A DNA stretch of 64,000 bases from Clostridia bacterium (GTDB taxonomy: Bacteria > Bacillota > Clostridia > Monoglobales > Firm-18), in the NCBI GenBank assembly GCA_017397315.1, contig JAFQJA010000017.1:1804-65803 (forward strand). The letters run 5' to 3'. The position numbers were made by a program, and so were the translations under genes. This document shows positions 18,401 through 26,182 of the stretch, one piece after another. The notes beneath the pieces are model-generated. The model had not been told where the DNA came from. It saw only the letters and a program-made list of their open reading frames with translations, and did not search any database. Within the stretch, counting starts at the first letter, position 1; each line of letters opens with the position of its first letter.

Positions 18401-21400
18401 AGGTTATTTTATGGGCGATGGCACGGGTATAGGTAAAGGTAGAACTATTGCAGGCATTATTCTTGACAACTATAACCAGGGCAGAAAAAAGGCAGTATGG
18501 GTAACACTCAATTCAAGCCTTGTAAACGATGCAAAGCGTGATGTAAAAGCTGTGTTCGGTAGCCCGGACTTGGTAACACAATTTGTAGGCGGTAATAAAG
18601 CCGATCAGATTATGGGCCAGGATGAGGGCATTTTGGTGGTAAGTTACAGCTCACTATCAAGAGCTTTTGACAGCCCGGGATCAAACTTTGAAAAAATCGT
18701 TAAATGGCTTGGTAAAGATTTTGACGGTGTTATCGTATTCGATGAAGCCCACAAGATGGGTAATTCCAGCGACACCAAAGGATCAAGAGGCGTTAAAAAA
18801 GCAAGTCAAACCGGGCTTTCCGGTATCGCTTTCCAGGAAGCATTACCAAAAGCAAGGATCGTTTATTCTTCTGCTACCGGTGCTACGGAAGTAGAAAACT
18901 TGCGATACGCTGAAAGACTTGGTTTGTGGGGCGATGGTACAGCGTTTGCTTCCGGGGATGATTTCGTAAGTAAAATTAAAGCCGGTGGTCTTGCAGCTAT
19001 GGAACTCGTTGCAAGAGATTTGAAAGCTATGGGCGTTTATCTCTCCCGTAACATCAGCTATGACGGTGTTGAATATGATAAAATCGAACACACATTAACA
19101 CCACAGCAAGAACAGATTTACAACGAGCTTGCACGCAGTTGGCAAGTTGTTTTACAGAATATCAATAAAGCGTTGGAAACTACAAACCAAAGTAAAGACG
19201 GGCACGCAAGAGGGCGTGCGTTAGGTGCTTTTTGGAGTTCACAGCAGAGATTTTTTAATCAAATCTTAACATCTATGCAAGCACCAAGCGTTATCGCTGA
19301 TATTGAAAAACAGTTAGCCGATGGCAAATCTTGTGTTATTCAGTTGGTTAGCACAAACGAGTCTGCACAGAATGAGGAATTTGCAAGACTTCAAGCTGAA
19401 GATTTAACGCTTGATGATTTTGACCTTACACCGAAGCAGATGCTTATGTCATTTATCGAAAAGAGCTTCCCCGTACAGCAGTTTGAGGACTACATTGACG
19501 ATAACGGCAACAAGAGAAGCAAACCGGTATATGACAGTAAAGGTAAGCCAGTACTTAACCGTGAAGCTATAAAACAGCGTGATGAACTCTTGGCAAAACT
19601 CGGCAGTATTAAAGTGCCATCTTCCCCGATTGATATGATTATCAGCCATTTCGGTACAGATATGGTTGCTGAAAATACGGGCCGTCAAAGACGAGTAATC
19701 GAGAAGAACGGCAAAATGGTTGAGGAAAAGATCGGCAGTAAGAAAGATGCTGATGTTGATGCTTTCCAAAACGGCAAGAAGCGAATTATTATATTCTCAA
19801 AAGCCGGTGGAACTGGTAAGAGTTACCACGCTGACAAATCTGCAAAGAACCAACAGCAAAGAGTACACTATGTTTACGAACCAGGATGGCAGGCTGATAA
19901 CGCCGTGCAGGGCTTCGGCAGAACGAACCGAAGCAACCAGGCAGTACCACCTATTTATAAGTTGGTTACAACCAATCTTAAAGGGCAGATGCGATTTATT
20001 TCAACCATCGCAAAAAGGCTTGACCAACTTGGAGCTATGACAAAAGGACAGAGGCAAGCCGGAAGTACGGGCTTGTTCTCGTCAGAGGATAATCTTGAAA
20101 GTGCTCTTGCATCAGATGTATTGGCTGTATTCTATAAGGACTTGGCACGAGATAGTGCAGAGGGCGTTGATGATGGTTTGGCTATACTTGAAAAACTTGG
20201 TCTTAAAGATAAGATCATAGACGAGTATGGATCTATTATCACTACTGCCCCGGAACTCCGTGAAGTAAACAAATTCCTTAACAGAATACTTACTCTTGAA
20301 ACACACGAGCAGAACGCCGTATTTGATTGTTATTCAAACCGTCTGCAAGAAGCAACAGAGATTGCAAAGCAAAACGGCACTTTGGATAAAGGTCTTGAAA
20401 ACTATAAGGCTGATAAAATTTCCTTGAATGAGGAAAAGGACATCAGAGAGGATGAAAGCACCGGTGCAACAACCAAGTACTACAACTTGACCGCAGAACA
20501 TAAGCTGCACCCGACCACATTCGCAGATGTTGAAACAAACAGATCCAATTTTGTTGGTTTCTATCAGCACCGTACAAATCAATCTGTAAGAGCGGTATTT
20601 AAGACTTCATCAACTACCGATCAATATGGTAATGTGCATAACAACTTTAAGTTTGTTGGCCCTGCAAAGTATGACTACGCCCCGGAACTTCGTCTGTACT
20701 CTAATTGGGAAAAGATAGAAGAAGCCGATGCAAAGAAACTTTGGGATGCAGAATTGGCTATACTTCCGGAATATCGCAAAGAAAACTTACACCTTATCGG
20801 CGGTGTTGTTCTTCCCGTTTGGGATAAACTCCCGGATGAGAATGTAAGAATTTACCGTGTTCTTACGGATAAGGGCGATATGCTCATAGGGCGTGTTGTC
20901 CCGGAAGATAGAATTGACGAAACATTACGCAGACTTGGATCTTCCCGAACCAAAGAAGCTGTGCCGACAAAAGATATAATCGCCGGAATTAAAAGAGGCG
21001 ATACTGTTTATCTTGATAACGGTTGGCGTATTGTTCAGCGTAAAGTAGCCAATGAAAACCGCATTGAAATTATCGGCCCGGAATACTTTAACTACGATAA
21101 ATTAAAGAGTAAGGGTGTGTTTTCAGAGCGTATATCCTACAACACCAGGTACTTTATCCCGGCAGGCGATAACGCCGTATCCGTTTTTGATGAAGTGCTT
21201 AAAATTTCCCCGGTGTTAAGGGTTGAAAACACAAGATTAGCGTTAGGAGGTATAAACGATGAAAGAGGTTCGAGTGCAAGTGAAAGCGAAGAATGGCGAG
21301 ATTTTCAGCCTGCCTCTAAAAAAGGTAAGCCAATTTTTACAGACCGAAAAGGAAACCTCGGCAGGCTCGGTAGAAAAAAATACTGTGAAGCCCTCAAAGC

Positions 21401-24400
21401 AGACGAAGTAGAATATAAAACTGTAAACGGTGCTATTCGTACTAACTTTGTAAAAGAATATGCTTATAATGACGATATGAAAAACATCGTCAGCGATCTA
21501 CAAAGACAAGGCTATAAAAAGGTTGGCTTCTATGTTGGGGGTGCACACCTACTATACAGCCCTGGTGCTCAATGTGGTGCTATCACATTCGGTGAAGATG
21601 GTGTATTCGATGAAATTTACATTAGATACGATGATCCCGATTATTCGCCAAGACAGCTTGGGCTACACGAAGTAGGACACCAAATCTACAACACACCATA
21701 CGGACAGAAGATTGCAAACATCATCAAAAACAGTATGTCATTTACAGAGAGAGCCAGGGTGCTTTCTTCTGAAAGATACCAACGCTATATGGCAGTACTT
21801 AAAAACAAGGATCTTGTCTTTGAGGAATTTGTCTGTGATATTCTCGGCGGAATGACAAAATATGCCGATGCGTTTGAAGATATTGCAACTGCTTTCCGCA
21901 ACAACGATAAAGCGTATATTGACAATTACAAAGTTTCAGAGTATAATAAACTTATAGACACGGGCGATCCTAACGCAAGTGTTCTTGAAAGTATAGGACT
22001 TGGAAACGATTATAGATTGTCAGAAAGTTTTGGCGATATTCCATACCGTGAATATGTGCAGCTTCGTAATTACATAGTGCAGAAGAATAACAGCACAGAT
22101 GCTTTGCTCTCTACCGATTGCAAAGAAATAGGCGATAACTTCTACATTTGGAATAATACAAGCAAAACGGACTTTACTGTTGTTGGAAGCATACCAATCG
22201 TTGGTAACGAGGACTTTATAAATGCGATAAGGAGTGAAATCACGAATGGCACTTACAGAGGAACAGAAAACTTTAATACAAGGGCTAATCGAATACGGAG
22301 TGGAAAAAGAGGCCGTGCCGTTCTTGATGGCAGGACTTCAAGATCCGCAACTGACGGAAACAATGATAGACTTTCTGTTAGACAACCCGAAAGCGACACG
22401 AGAAGAAATCTTGTCGAAAATAGCGGAACTGATACGCCGGTAAGTCAAACATTTAAGTCAGCAGGCACATCACTTAACCAAGTGGCAGCACTATTCAAAA
22501 ATAAAAATTTCCATCCCGGAAAAGTGAATATTGATATTGGAGGAGGCAAATTTGATGCAACCTCTAATTTTTTACGCTCTTTAGGTACAGAGAACTATGT
22601 TTTTGATCCTTTCAACAGAACGGAACAAGAGAACACAGCCACTTTGGACTTTTTAATGTCCGGGAAAAAAGCAGATACAGCTACTTGTGCTAATGTGCTT
22701 AATGTAATTGATACCGAGGCTGCAAGATTAAATGTTATCCTCGAAACTGCAAAGGCAATAAAGCCTGATGGTACAGCATACTTTACTGTTTACACAAGTG
22801 ATAATTCCGGAGTCGGCAGACAGACACAAGCAGATAGTTGGCAGAACGCACGCAAAACAGAGGACTATGTTTCTGAGATAGAAACTTACTTTAACAATGT
22901 TGAGCGTAAAGGTAGCATCATTATTGCCAAAGAACCGAAAGCGGATCTACCGCAGGCATCCTGGGAAGTTAAACCTGGTAAGGCATTTAGATACGCTTTA
23001 AGTACTTACGATACCGACAGCGAAAGCCTAACACCGGAACGCAAAAAACAGATCTTTGAACAGTTTGAAAAAGACCGTGCCGGTATGCCGAAGCAGACCA
23101 AAAAAGAAATTTGGGGAGAGCGTGCTGCTTGGGTTGCAAACAATATGACGAGAGTATTCCCCGAAATTCCGGAACGAGGCGAAAAAGGAACATTCTTTGC
23201 CGAGTTTAGAAAGAATATGGTACAATGGAAAAATCTCGCTAACACAGCTTCCTTTATGGTGCAGGATAAGCTCAATAAAATGACAGAGGGATTAACCCCC
23301 GAAGAATTTAAGACATTTTCAGAGCTTGTTTACTTCCTCGATTTACAAGAAGAAGCACAGATACAGCGTGAGCGTGGATATAGTGAGATCTTACTTCCTA
23401 ATGAGATTACCCCAGGAGAGGTTGACGAGATAATCAAAGTGCTTAATAAAGAGGCAACAGAGAATGTACGCCAGGCACTTATCAAGCGACAGAACATTTG
23501 GGATGAACTCAAAGACCAATATATCTCTCTTAATCAGTATATCGGTTTTGATACTGATGGAAAATTCAAGAGAAAGAATTATTACCACCATCAGATTATC
23601 GAATATATGAACGGCAAAGGAAGCGGAACGGGATCTCGTGAAATTGGTATTAAGGCCGGCAGAGGTTGGCTGAAAGAAAGACAAGGCTCAACCAAAGCTA
23701 TCAACACAGATTTTCTCGCTGTTGAATACAAGGCGATGCTTCAGATGCAGTACGATGTGTATATAGCTAATATGCTCGGTAAAATCAAAAAGCAGTATGA
23801 CATCAAGCCACAACTTGAACAGCAGGCATTTAAGAATAACAAGCAAATGCTGAATGAGATTATTGCAAAAGAAGCTACCGACAAAGACGGTAATATCCTT
23901 TATGACCAAAAAGGACAGCCGGACAGCGAAACATATCGTCAGCAGCTATGGTACAATCAGCGTATTATGTTTGGCTTCAACGGTTTGTTTGACCTTGCGG
24001 AGCGAAACGCACTACCTACTTTTGACGGAGAATATTCCGCAGTTGTAAACGCTCTCAAAATGCACAATCTTAATGTTGCAGGGCTTTACAAGTATGTTGG
24101 TGTGTTAGCTAATATGGAGCTTCCGGAAAATGCGACAGATGCACAAGAACAAGCATTGATAAATTCCCGAACAGTACTTAAATACACGGCACAAAAAAGG
24201 GCTTGGATAAAAGAACTGCTTGGGGATCAGTATCAGACCTGGGAAACTCTTGCAAGAGAAATGAGCGACACGCATACCATACATCAGCCAAGACGGGGTA
24301 ACTACTTCTACACAAAGACAACCATAGACGAGGATGCTTTTAATAAGGCTTTTAATGAAATGATTTTAAGCCTTACATCCGGCGATTATTCTTTTGAGTC

Positions 24401-26147
24401 GGTTGACGATGTTAAGAAGTTATTTACTCAATACGCCGATACAATTCGCTTAATGGGTGCTGCCTATGAACAATGGGTATTACCAAAAGAGATTGTATCA
24501 ACGATGGATAGCGTTGCAAACCCGAAACAATCACACAGTATGGCGCAGGCTGCAAGAGGTATTGTGTCAGCGTGGAAAGGTTGGGCTACAAGCGTAAACC
24601 CGTTAAGAACTATCAAATTCGGTTTGAGAAACCTTTACGGCGATTTGGATGCTGTAATTGCAGGCAAGCCACAAGTGGTTAAGTATTCAAAGAGAGCTGC
24701 CCAGGAAATTTATCAAGCTATGCGACATAAAAAATACACTCCCGAATTTATGGAGTGGGTTGAGCGTGGCGGTTATACTTCTATGATATTTGCGAATGAA
24801 ATGGATGCAGAAATGCAAGATAAACTATTTGCACATCTTAAAGACAAAACCGGAAAAGGTATTTTTGACATCCCGGCTAAACTCTTTGAGGGGTATTATG
24901 ACGGAGTAAAAACTGCACACGATTTCAGAGAGGCGATACTTCGCTACTCTGCATACCTCTACTTCAAAGAAATGATAAACAAAAACGGCGGTGTTGTAAC
25001 AGACAATGTTGCATCTAACAGATATATTATTAAGGGCCTGCACTCTGTTGAGGATAAAGCATATCAGCTTTCAAAGGATCTGCTTGGTGCTTATGATGAA
25101 GTCGGCAAGATGGGCCAAACGCTTCGTAGGTATTGGATACCATTCTACTCATTCACGGAAACCAACTTAAAGCGTTATTACAGAATGTTTGAAAACATCA
25201 TAGCATCAAACGATGATATTCCTAAAAAAGCCGGTAAGCTCTTGTTAAAGGCTTTGATGGTTAATATGTTAGGGCTTCTGATGATTGCTTGGAATAAGCT
25301 CGTTATGAAAGATGCTGACGATCAGCTCCCACCATCTGTAAGGAATGTTCCACACTTAACTCTTGGAAAAGTCGGCGATGATGTTTATGCTTTTAGACAG
25401 CTTGGCAGCTTTTCAGAAATATTAGAGTGGATCGGCCTGGATGATTACAAGTGGACAAGTGAGGACTTTGTCGCTCCGCTTGATAAAGCCTGGGGAATGA
25501 TAACACCTTTTGTAAAACTACCCGTAGAGCTTGCAAGTGGTTTGAATTTCTATCCATCGCTTACAGAACCTCGTGCAATTCGTGATAAGTGGCAGCACTT
25601 CTTTAATTCTCTTGGTGTGGATGATATTTATAGTGAAGTAACCGGAAAGCCCACAAAGGGTGTCGGCGAAATACTAAAAGGCGGTTTGGTGTATAGCTAC
25701 GATTACCAGGAAAGCGCTTATTATGAAATTCTTGATATTAAGCGTAACTACCAGGGATCAAACGATAACACCATCTATGGTACAGATGCAAAATCAAACG
25801 CTTTGTACTATATGAAAACCGCTATCCGCTACAATGATAAAAAGGCTGCATTAAAATACCTTGATGAATACTTTGAGCACGGCGGTACGGGAAAAGGTAT
25901 CAAGCAATCTTTCGCAACGCTTAACCCGATGTATGGCTATACAAGTAAGGACAACATCGAAAAGGGCAACGCCTTTATTGCATCGCTTACGGATGATGAA
26001 AAGGAAAAACTTAAAATTGCACAAGACTACTATGAAAAAGAGTTGATGCTTCCGGAAAGTGTTTCAAGCAGACTCGGTAAAAAAGATATTACTGATGAAG
26101 AAGCTAAAAACCTTTTGAGAAACTATATTAACTCTCAATGTAAGTAA
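12483..26147 (+). CDS. Giant polyvalent protein (4554 aa): Gly-rich TM segments + N6-adenine MTase + strawberry-notch-type helicase + HEXXH zincin + second MTase-like module + long unassigned C-terminus
   Basis: A single uninterrupted ORF with SD 'aaaggagtg' upstream. Motifs read directly: EPSAGIGG / NPPF, GDGTGIGKGR / DEAH / QGFGRTNRSNQ, HEVGH, DIGGGKF. Confidence 0.85.
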   Translation: MANWQESAKKSLDNRKNNTNNTSSATSAPAVVSAPKVIDAPKSTDTWQGKAQQSLNKRGYVPPENRMYSLKTNDGQDFGIVSYGAYKAIENNNLDSYTPKTAEEKASIDSFKAYAQEQYEKQQEAEKQKRINSNPTFARYNIDPADFDYDDLIKWAGEHNHTMRVDGSMRTYFTPNYKGGFLGIGGKKLSTDEEDADMEVLYQTAMNNTRAELAQKDLGAFMSAIVGFGDGMSFGAIPALSDWSAKKQYEDAGLDSETFVSPSQTYAKTVSEHGISNAVGDIGGSLVSLGAVGKVVGTATKGIKWLSSAPKWVQSAVNSGITFSAVGATETAFDGGNAEEILRSAGINLVGGAVGGSLSSVVGSLGEKFLFSKGLQHKVIPEIIRNGLSSAAYAGGNTLATSFLYPEGYKPTAEEVAKDLAVAFAFGSISSAINVAKTSTQNKKYLDSLNNKMAADYENMARANISNKSDIAGIRKFAKNVVGYSNAMEAYLTGKEYSATINGETYTFTPNKVRLVGQDKYVQSMLNDLQTIRNNANAVLNGVGTPTTDLATTPGATPGATPTASVPPVSSASSSVPATKEAIAPVNVAEATPTVPPVVSAPVVAEATPAVKNTNDFTDELSEVASAGAVAKYAPEGASADVVSLENKLINVGASDVDRQKVVETAIAVESTLVGTDKSLKDVLADTTNITGSAVTAFKQSVGAPKNYWSLFNTNLKTIAALQTKENFIVDYANTFAETLQSTDSVMSRAVVDSGIDVASAVSQYALTGNVPEEVKNETVLSGLSKAFTAITEPVLSQIDTAHIAIYGDARTQEPTPEMPAETQTAPTEVQPATTNELQPEEAQKYNIVVSNLKRKAEELGLLDSKFFTALQNVDLYKPSASDRALISSEFHKVFAGNTDPLVTNWLDSISEDVQPVTTTNSEKAVVTEEITPVNTATTNTEVNSGIVTLKKSKSIYSVFKGAEKVVVGADTITDGKIAIPLTDNALKAVKKAYGGEVTENSNYSLDRIVPKNTTVEITGDPKLRTIAKENGTNLETYVFKIGDKYYSCPQKYLDAVNNGKNRVFANETVSPWVVNDEKGNFVAVIMPVNATVTDAVYDSLQLASEKVEADNAHKAALKSAPFNKNEKSYLFSTGRIATADYDGHTYITNGGLVIRTDPASLDFIKTEFKDEYGKDIASSDAVTRSIEAYTGFNEAGKIEKAIEHNTYHPTKKKKDGTPKVEEYRTALIADDKAFLFDKHFMDMLKKRSAELKILSDGQMKNTALVGYDTNGNVTGLLLPMFAGKGDLFVEDNGKKYYFLDKFKVGENQPKAEPVTPEKTTDLKKEVKSDTIKAEENPVEAAPVEETPEETYTPKVKEDFKVGDVLEFDGEQWECAGIDTMMIDFVNVNKDASQHEMSVILPYELFKEKTDYKVVKRQGEATTQPEVDKKSAENKEVVLTTEQQTDISKKAVNDVAEFVRGKLARGSKISSATLFDTAKAAYGGSMADGVFTPKDAYDAMELGVNKYILSLPNVSTQKMLDILDLLPTQTKRTEEMIKYQQFSTPPSIAYLANYVANINSNDVMLEPSAGIGGIAVFAKRDGATVYVNELDPRRLDIVKELPFDGFYNENAEQIDNILGGEIQPSVIVMNPPFSSSSERNIKGTKIGAKHIEQALQILAPGGRLVAIVGNGMAPDAPAFRQWWKDISAKYNVKANIGINGKNYTKYGTNFNIQMLVIDKDGSTTAPTKVGTVDTLQELESMLGGIRDERPTFDYSKLERTAPGAVEQKATAISKAGDQRNDAVLDTSSAAGSKQPTDGAVSSREPKREVAPKTSSKPGSTSAATPTATDTTANEPGLTGTREPGGSVGVQDSNGAVNGADKQSDLQPGLQGSDGNSGNGLAPSRVSRLKHTELTDSIFEQYQTAPLLIEGAKQHPAKVSESAAMSAIEAPAITYKPTLPQKVITDGVVSDVQLESISRAGQSHSQILPNGTRRGYFMGDGTGIGKGRTIAGIILDNYNQGRKKAVWVTLNSSLVNDAKRDVKAVFGSPDLVTQFVGGNKADQIMGQDEGILVVSYSSLSRAFDSPGSNFEKIVKWLGKDFDGVIVFDEAHKMGNSSDTKGSRGVKKASQTGLSGIAFQEALPKARIVYSSATGATEVENLRYAERLGLWGDGTAFASGDDFVSKIKAGGLAAMELVARDLKAMGVYLSRNISYDGVEYDKIEHTLTPQQEQIYNELARSWQVVLQNINKALETTNQSKDGHARGRALGAFWSSQQRFFNQILTSMQAPSVIADIEKQLADGKSCVIQLVSTNESAQNEEFARLQAEDLTLDDFDLTPKQMLMSFIEKSFPVQQFEDYIDDNGNKRSKPVYDSKGKPVLNREAIKQRDELLAKLGSIKVPSSPIDMIISHFGTDMVAENTGRQRRVIEKNGKMVEEKIGSKKDADVDAFQNGKKRIIIFSKAGGTGKSYHADKSAKNQQQRVHYVYEPGWQADNAVQGFGRTNRSNQAVPPIYKLVTTNLKGQMRFISTIAKRLDQLGAMTKGQRQAGSTGLFSSEDNLESALASDVLAVFYKDLARDSAEGVDDGLAILEKLGLKDKIIDEYGSIITTAPELREVNKFLNRILTLETHEQNAVFDCYSNRLQEATEIAKQNGTLDKGLENYKADKISLNEEKDIREDESTGATTKYYNLTAEHKLHPTTFADVETNRSNFVGFYQHRTNQSVRAVFKTSSTTDQYGNVHNNFKFVGPAKYDYAPELRLYSNWEKIEEADAKKLWDAELAILPEYRKENLHLIGGVVLPVWDKLPDENVRIYRVLTDKGDMLIGRVVPEDRIDETLRRLGSSRTKEAVPTKDIIAGIKRGDTVYLDNGWRIVQRKVANENRIEIIGPEYFNYDKLKSKGVFSERISYNTRYFIPAGDNAVSVFDEVLKISPVLRVENTRLALGGINDERGSSASESEEWRDFQPASKKGKPIFTDRKGNLGRLGRKKYCEALKADEVEYKTVNGAIRTNFVKEYAYNDDMKNIVSDLQRQGYKKVGFYVGGAHLLYSPGAQCGAITFGEDGVFDEIYIRYDDPDYSPRQLGLHEVGHQIYNTPYGQKIANIIKNSMSFTERARVLSSERYQRYMAVLKNKDLVFEEFVCDILGGMTKYADAFEDIATAFRNNDKAYIDNYKVSEYNKLIDTGDPNASVLESIGLGNDYRLSESFGDIPYREYVQLRNYIVQKNNSTDALLSTDCKEIGDNFYIWNNTSKTDFTVVGSIPIVGNEDFINAIRSEITNGTYRGTENFNTRANRIRSGKRGRAVLDGRTSRSATDGNNDRLSVRQPESDTRRNLVENSGTDTPVSQTFKSAGTSLNQVAALFKNKNFHPGKVNIDIGGGKFDATSNFLRSLGTENYVFDPFNRTEQENTATLDFLMSGKKADTATCANVLNVIDTEAARLNVILETAKAIKPDGTAYFTVYTSDNSGVGRQTQADSWQNARKTEDYVSEIETYFNNVERKGSIIIAKEPKADLPQASWEVKPGKAFRYALSTYDTDSESLTPERKKQIFEQFEKDRAGMPKQTKKEIWGERAAWVANNMTRVFPEIPERGEKGTFFAEFRKNMVQWKNLANTASFMVQDKLNKMTEGLTPEEFKTFSELVYFLDLQEEAQIQRERGYSEILLPNEITPGEVDEIIKVLNKEATENVRQALIKRQNIWDELKDQYISLNQYIGFDTDGKFKRKNYYHHQIIEYMNGKGSGTGSREIGIKAGRGWLKERQGSTKAINTDFLAVEYKAMLQMQYDVYIANMLGKIKKQYDIKPQLEQQAFKNNKQMLNEIIAKEATDKDGNILYDQKGQPDSETYRQQLWYNQRIMFGFNGLFDLAERNALPTFDGEYSAVVNALKMHNLNVAGLYKYVGVLANMELPENATDAQEQALINSRTVLKYTAQKRAWIKELLGDQYQTWETLAREMSDTHTIHQPRRGNYFYTKTTIDEDAFNKAFNEMILSLTSGDYSFESVDDVKKLFTQYADTIRLMGAAYEQWVLPKEIVSTMDSVANPKQSHSMAQAARGIVSAWKGWATSVNPLRTIKFGLRNLYGDLDAVIAGKPQVVKYSKRAAQEIYQAMRHKKYTPEFMEWVERGGYTSMIFANEMDAEMQDKLFAHLKDKTGKGIFDIPAKLFEGYYDGVKTAHDFREAILRYSAYLYFKEMINKNGGVVTDNVASNRYIIKGLHSVEDKAYQLSKDLLGAYDEVGKMGQTLRRYWIPFYSFTETNLKRYYRMFENIIASNDDIPKKAGKLLLKALMVNMLGLLMIAWNKLVMKDADDQLPPSVRNVPHLTLGKVGDDVYAFRQLGSFSEILEWIGLDDYKWTSEDFVAPLDKAWGMITPFVKLPVELASGLNFYPSLTEPRAIRDKWQHFFNSLGVDDIYSEVTGKPTKGVGEILKGGLVYSYDYQESAYYEILDIKRNYQGSNDNTIYGTDAKSNALYYMKTAIRYNDKKAALKYLDEYFEHGGTGKGIKQSFATLNPMYGYTSKDNIEKGNAFIASLTDDEKEKLKIAQDYYEKELMLPESVSSRLGKKDITDEEAKNLLRNYINSQCK
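13131..13795 (+). other. Gly/Ala/Ser-rich hydrophobic (glycine-zipper-like, probably membrane-inserting) segment of the polyvalent protein
   Basis: At least six stretches of this kind, including AFMSAIVGFGDGMSFGAIPAL, AVGDIGGSLVSLGAVGKVVGTA, INLVGGAVGGSLSSVVGSLG and LAVAFAFGSISSAINVA. Confidence 0.5.
17100..17640 (+). other. N6-adenine DNA methyltransferase domain of the polyvalent protein
   Basis: Motif I 'MLEPSAGIGGIAVFA' (about nt 17178-17201) lies upstream of motif IV 'VIVMNPPFSSS' (NPPF at 17370-17381). Confidence 0.8.
18240..20040 (+). other. Strawberry-notch (Sno)-type SF2 helicase domain of the polyvalent protein
   Basis: 'GYFMGDGTGIGKGRTIAGIILDNY' (18414-18443), 'VIVFDEAHKMGN' (DEAH at 18741-18752), and 'FSKAGGTGKSYHAD...QGFGRTNRSNQ...RFISTIAKRLDQLGAMTKGQR' (19908-19940). 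The pattern matches Sno / P1 DarB-type helicases. Confidence 0.8.
21540..21900 (+). other. Zincin-like metallopeptidase motif region of the polyvalent protein
   Basis: 'LGLHEVGHQIYN' contains HEXXH at nt 21666-21680. Downstream acidic residues (EEFVCDILGG) could supply a third ligand. Confidence 0.5.
22524..22800 (+). other. Class I SAM-methyltransferase-like module of the polyvalent protein
   Basis: 'VNIDIGGGKFD' (motif I-like), 'YVFDPFN' (acidic post-I), 'CANVLNVI' and 'IKPDGTAYFTVY' appear in the Rossmann-MTase motif order. Confidence 0.45.
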
Positions 26148-26182
26148 TGTGCATATTTCCCTAAAAGATGCACGATAAAAAA

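Noticed and set aside
21259-21414. 51-aa +1-frame ORF (MKEVRVQVKAKNGEIFSLPL...) after the second AGGAGG-N8-ATG
   Set aside because: It is short, its third codon positions are G-rich and atypical for this genome, and the frame-0 sequence is well-formed. It is kept only as context for the LGGIxDER repeat finding.
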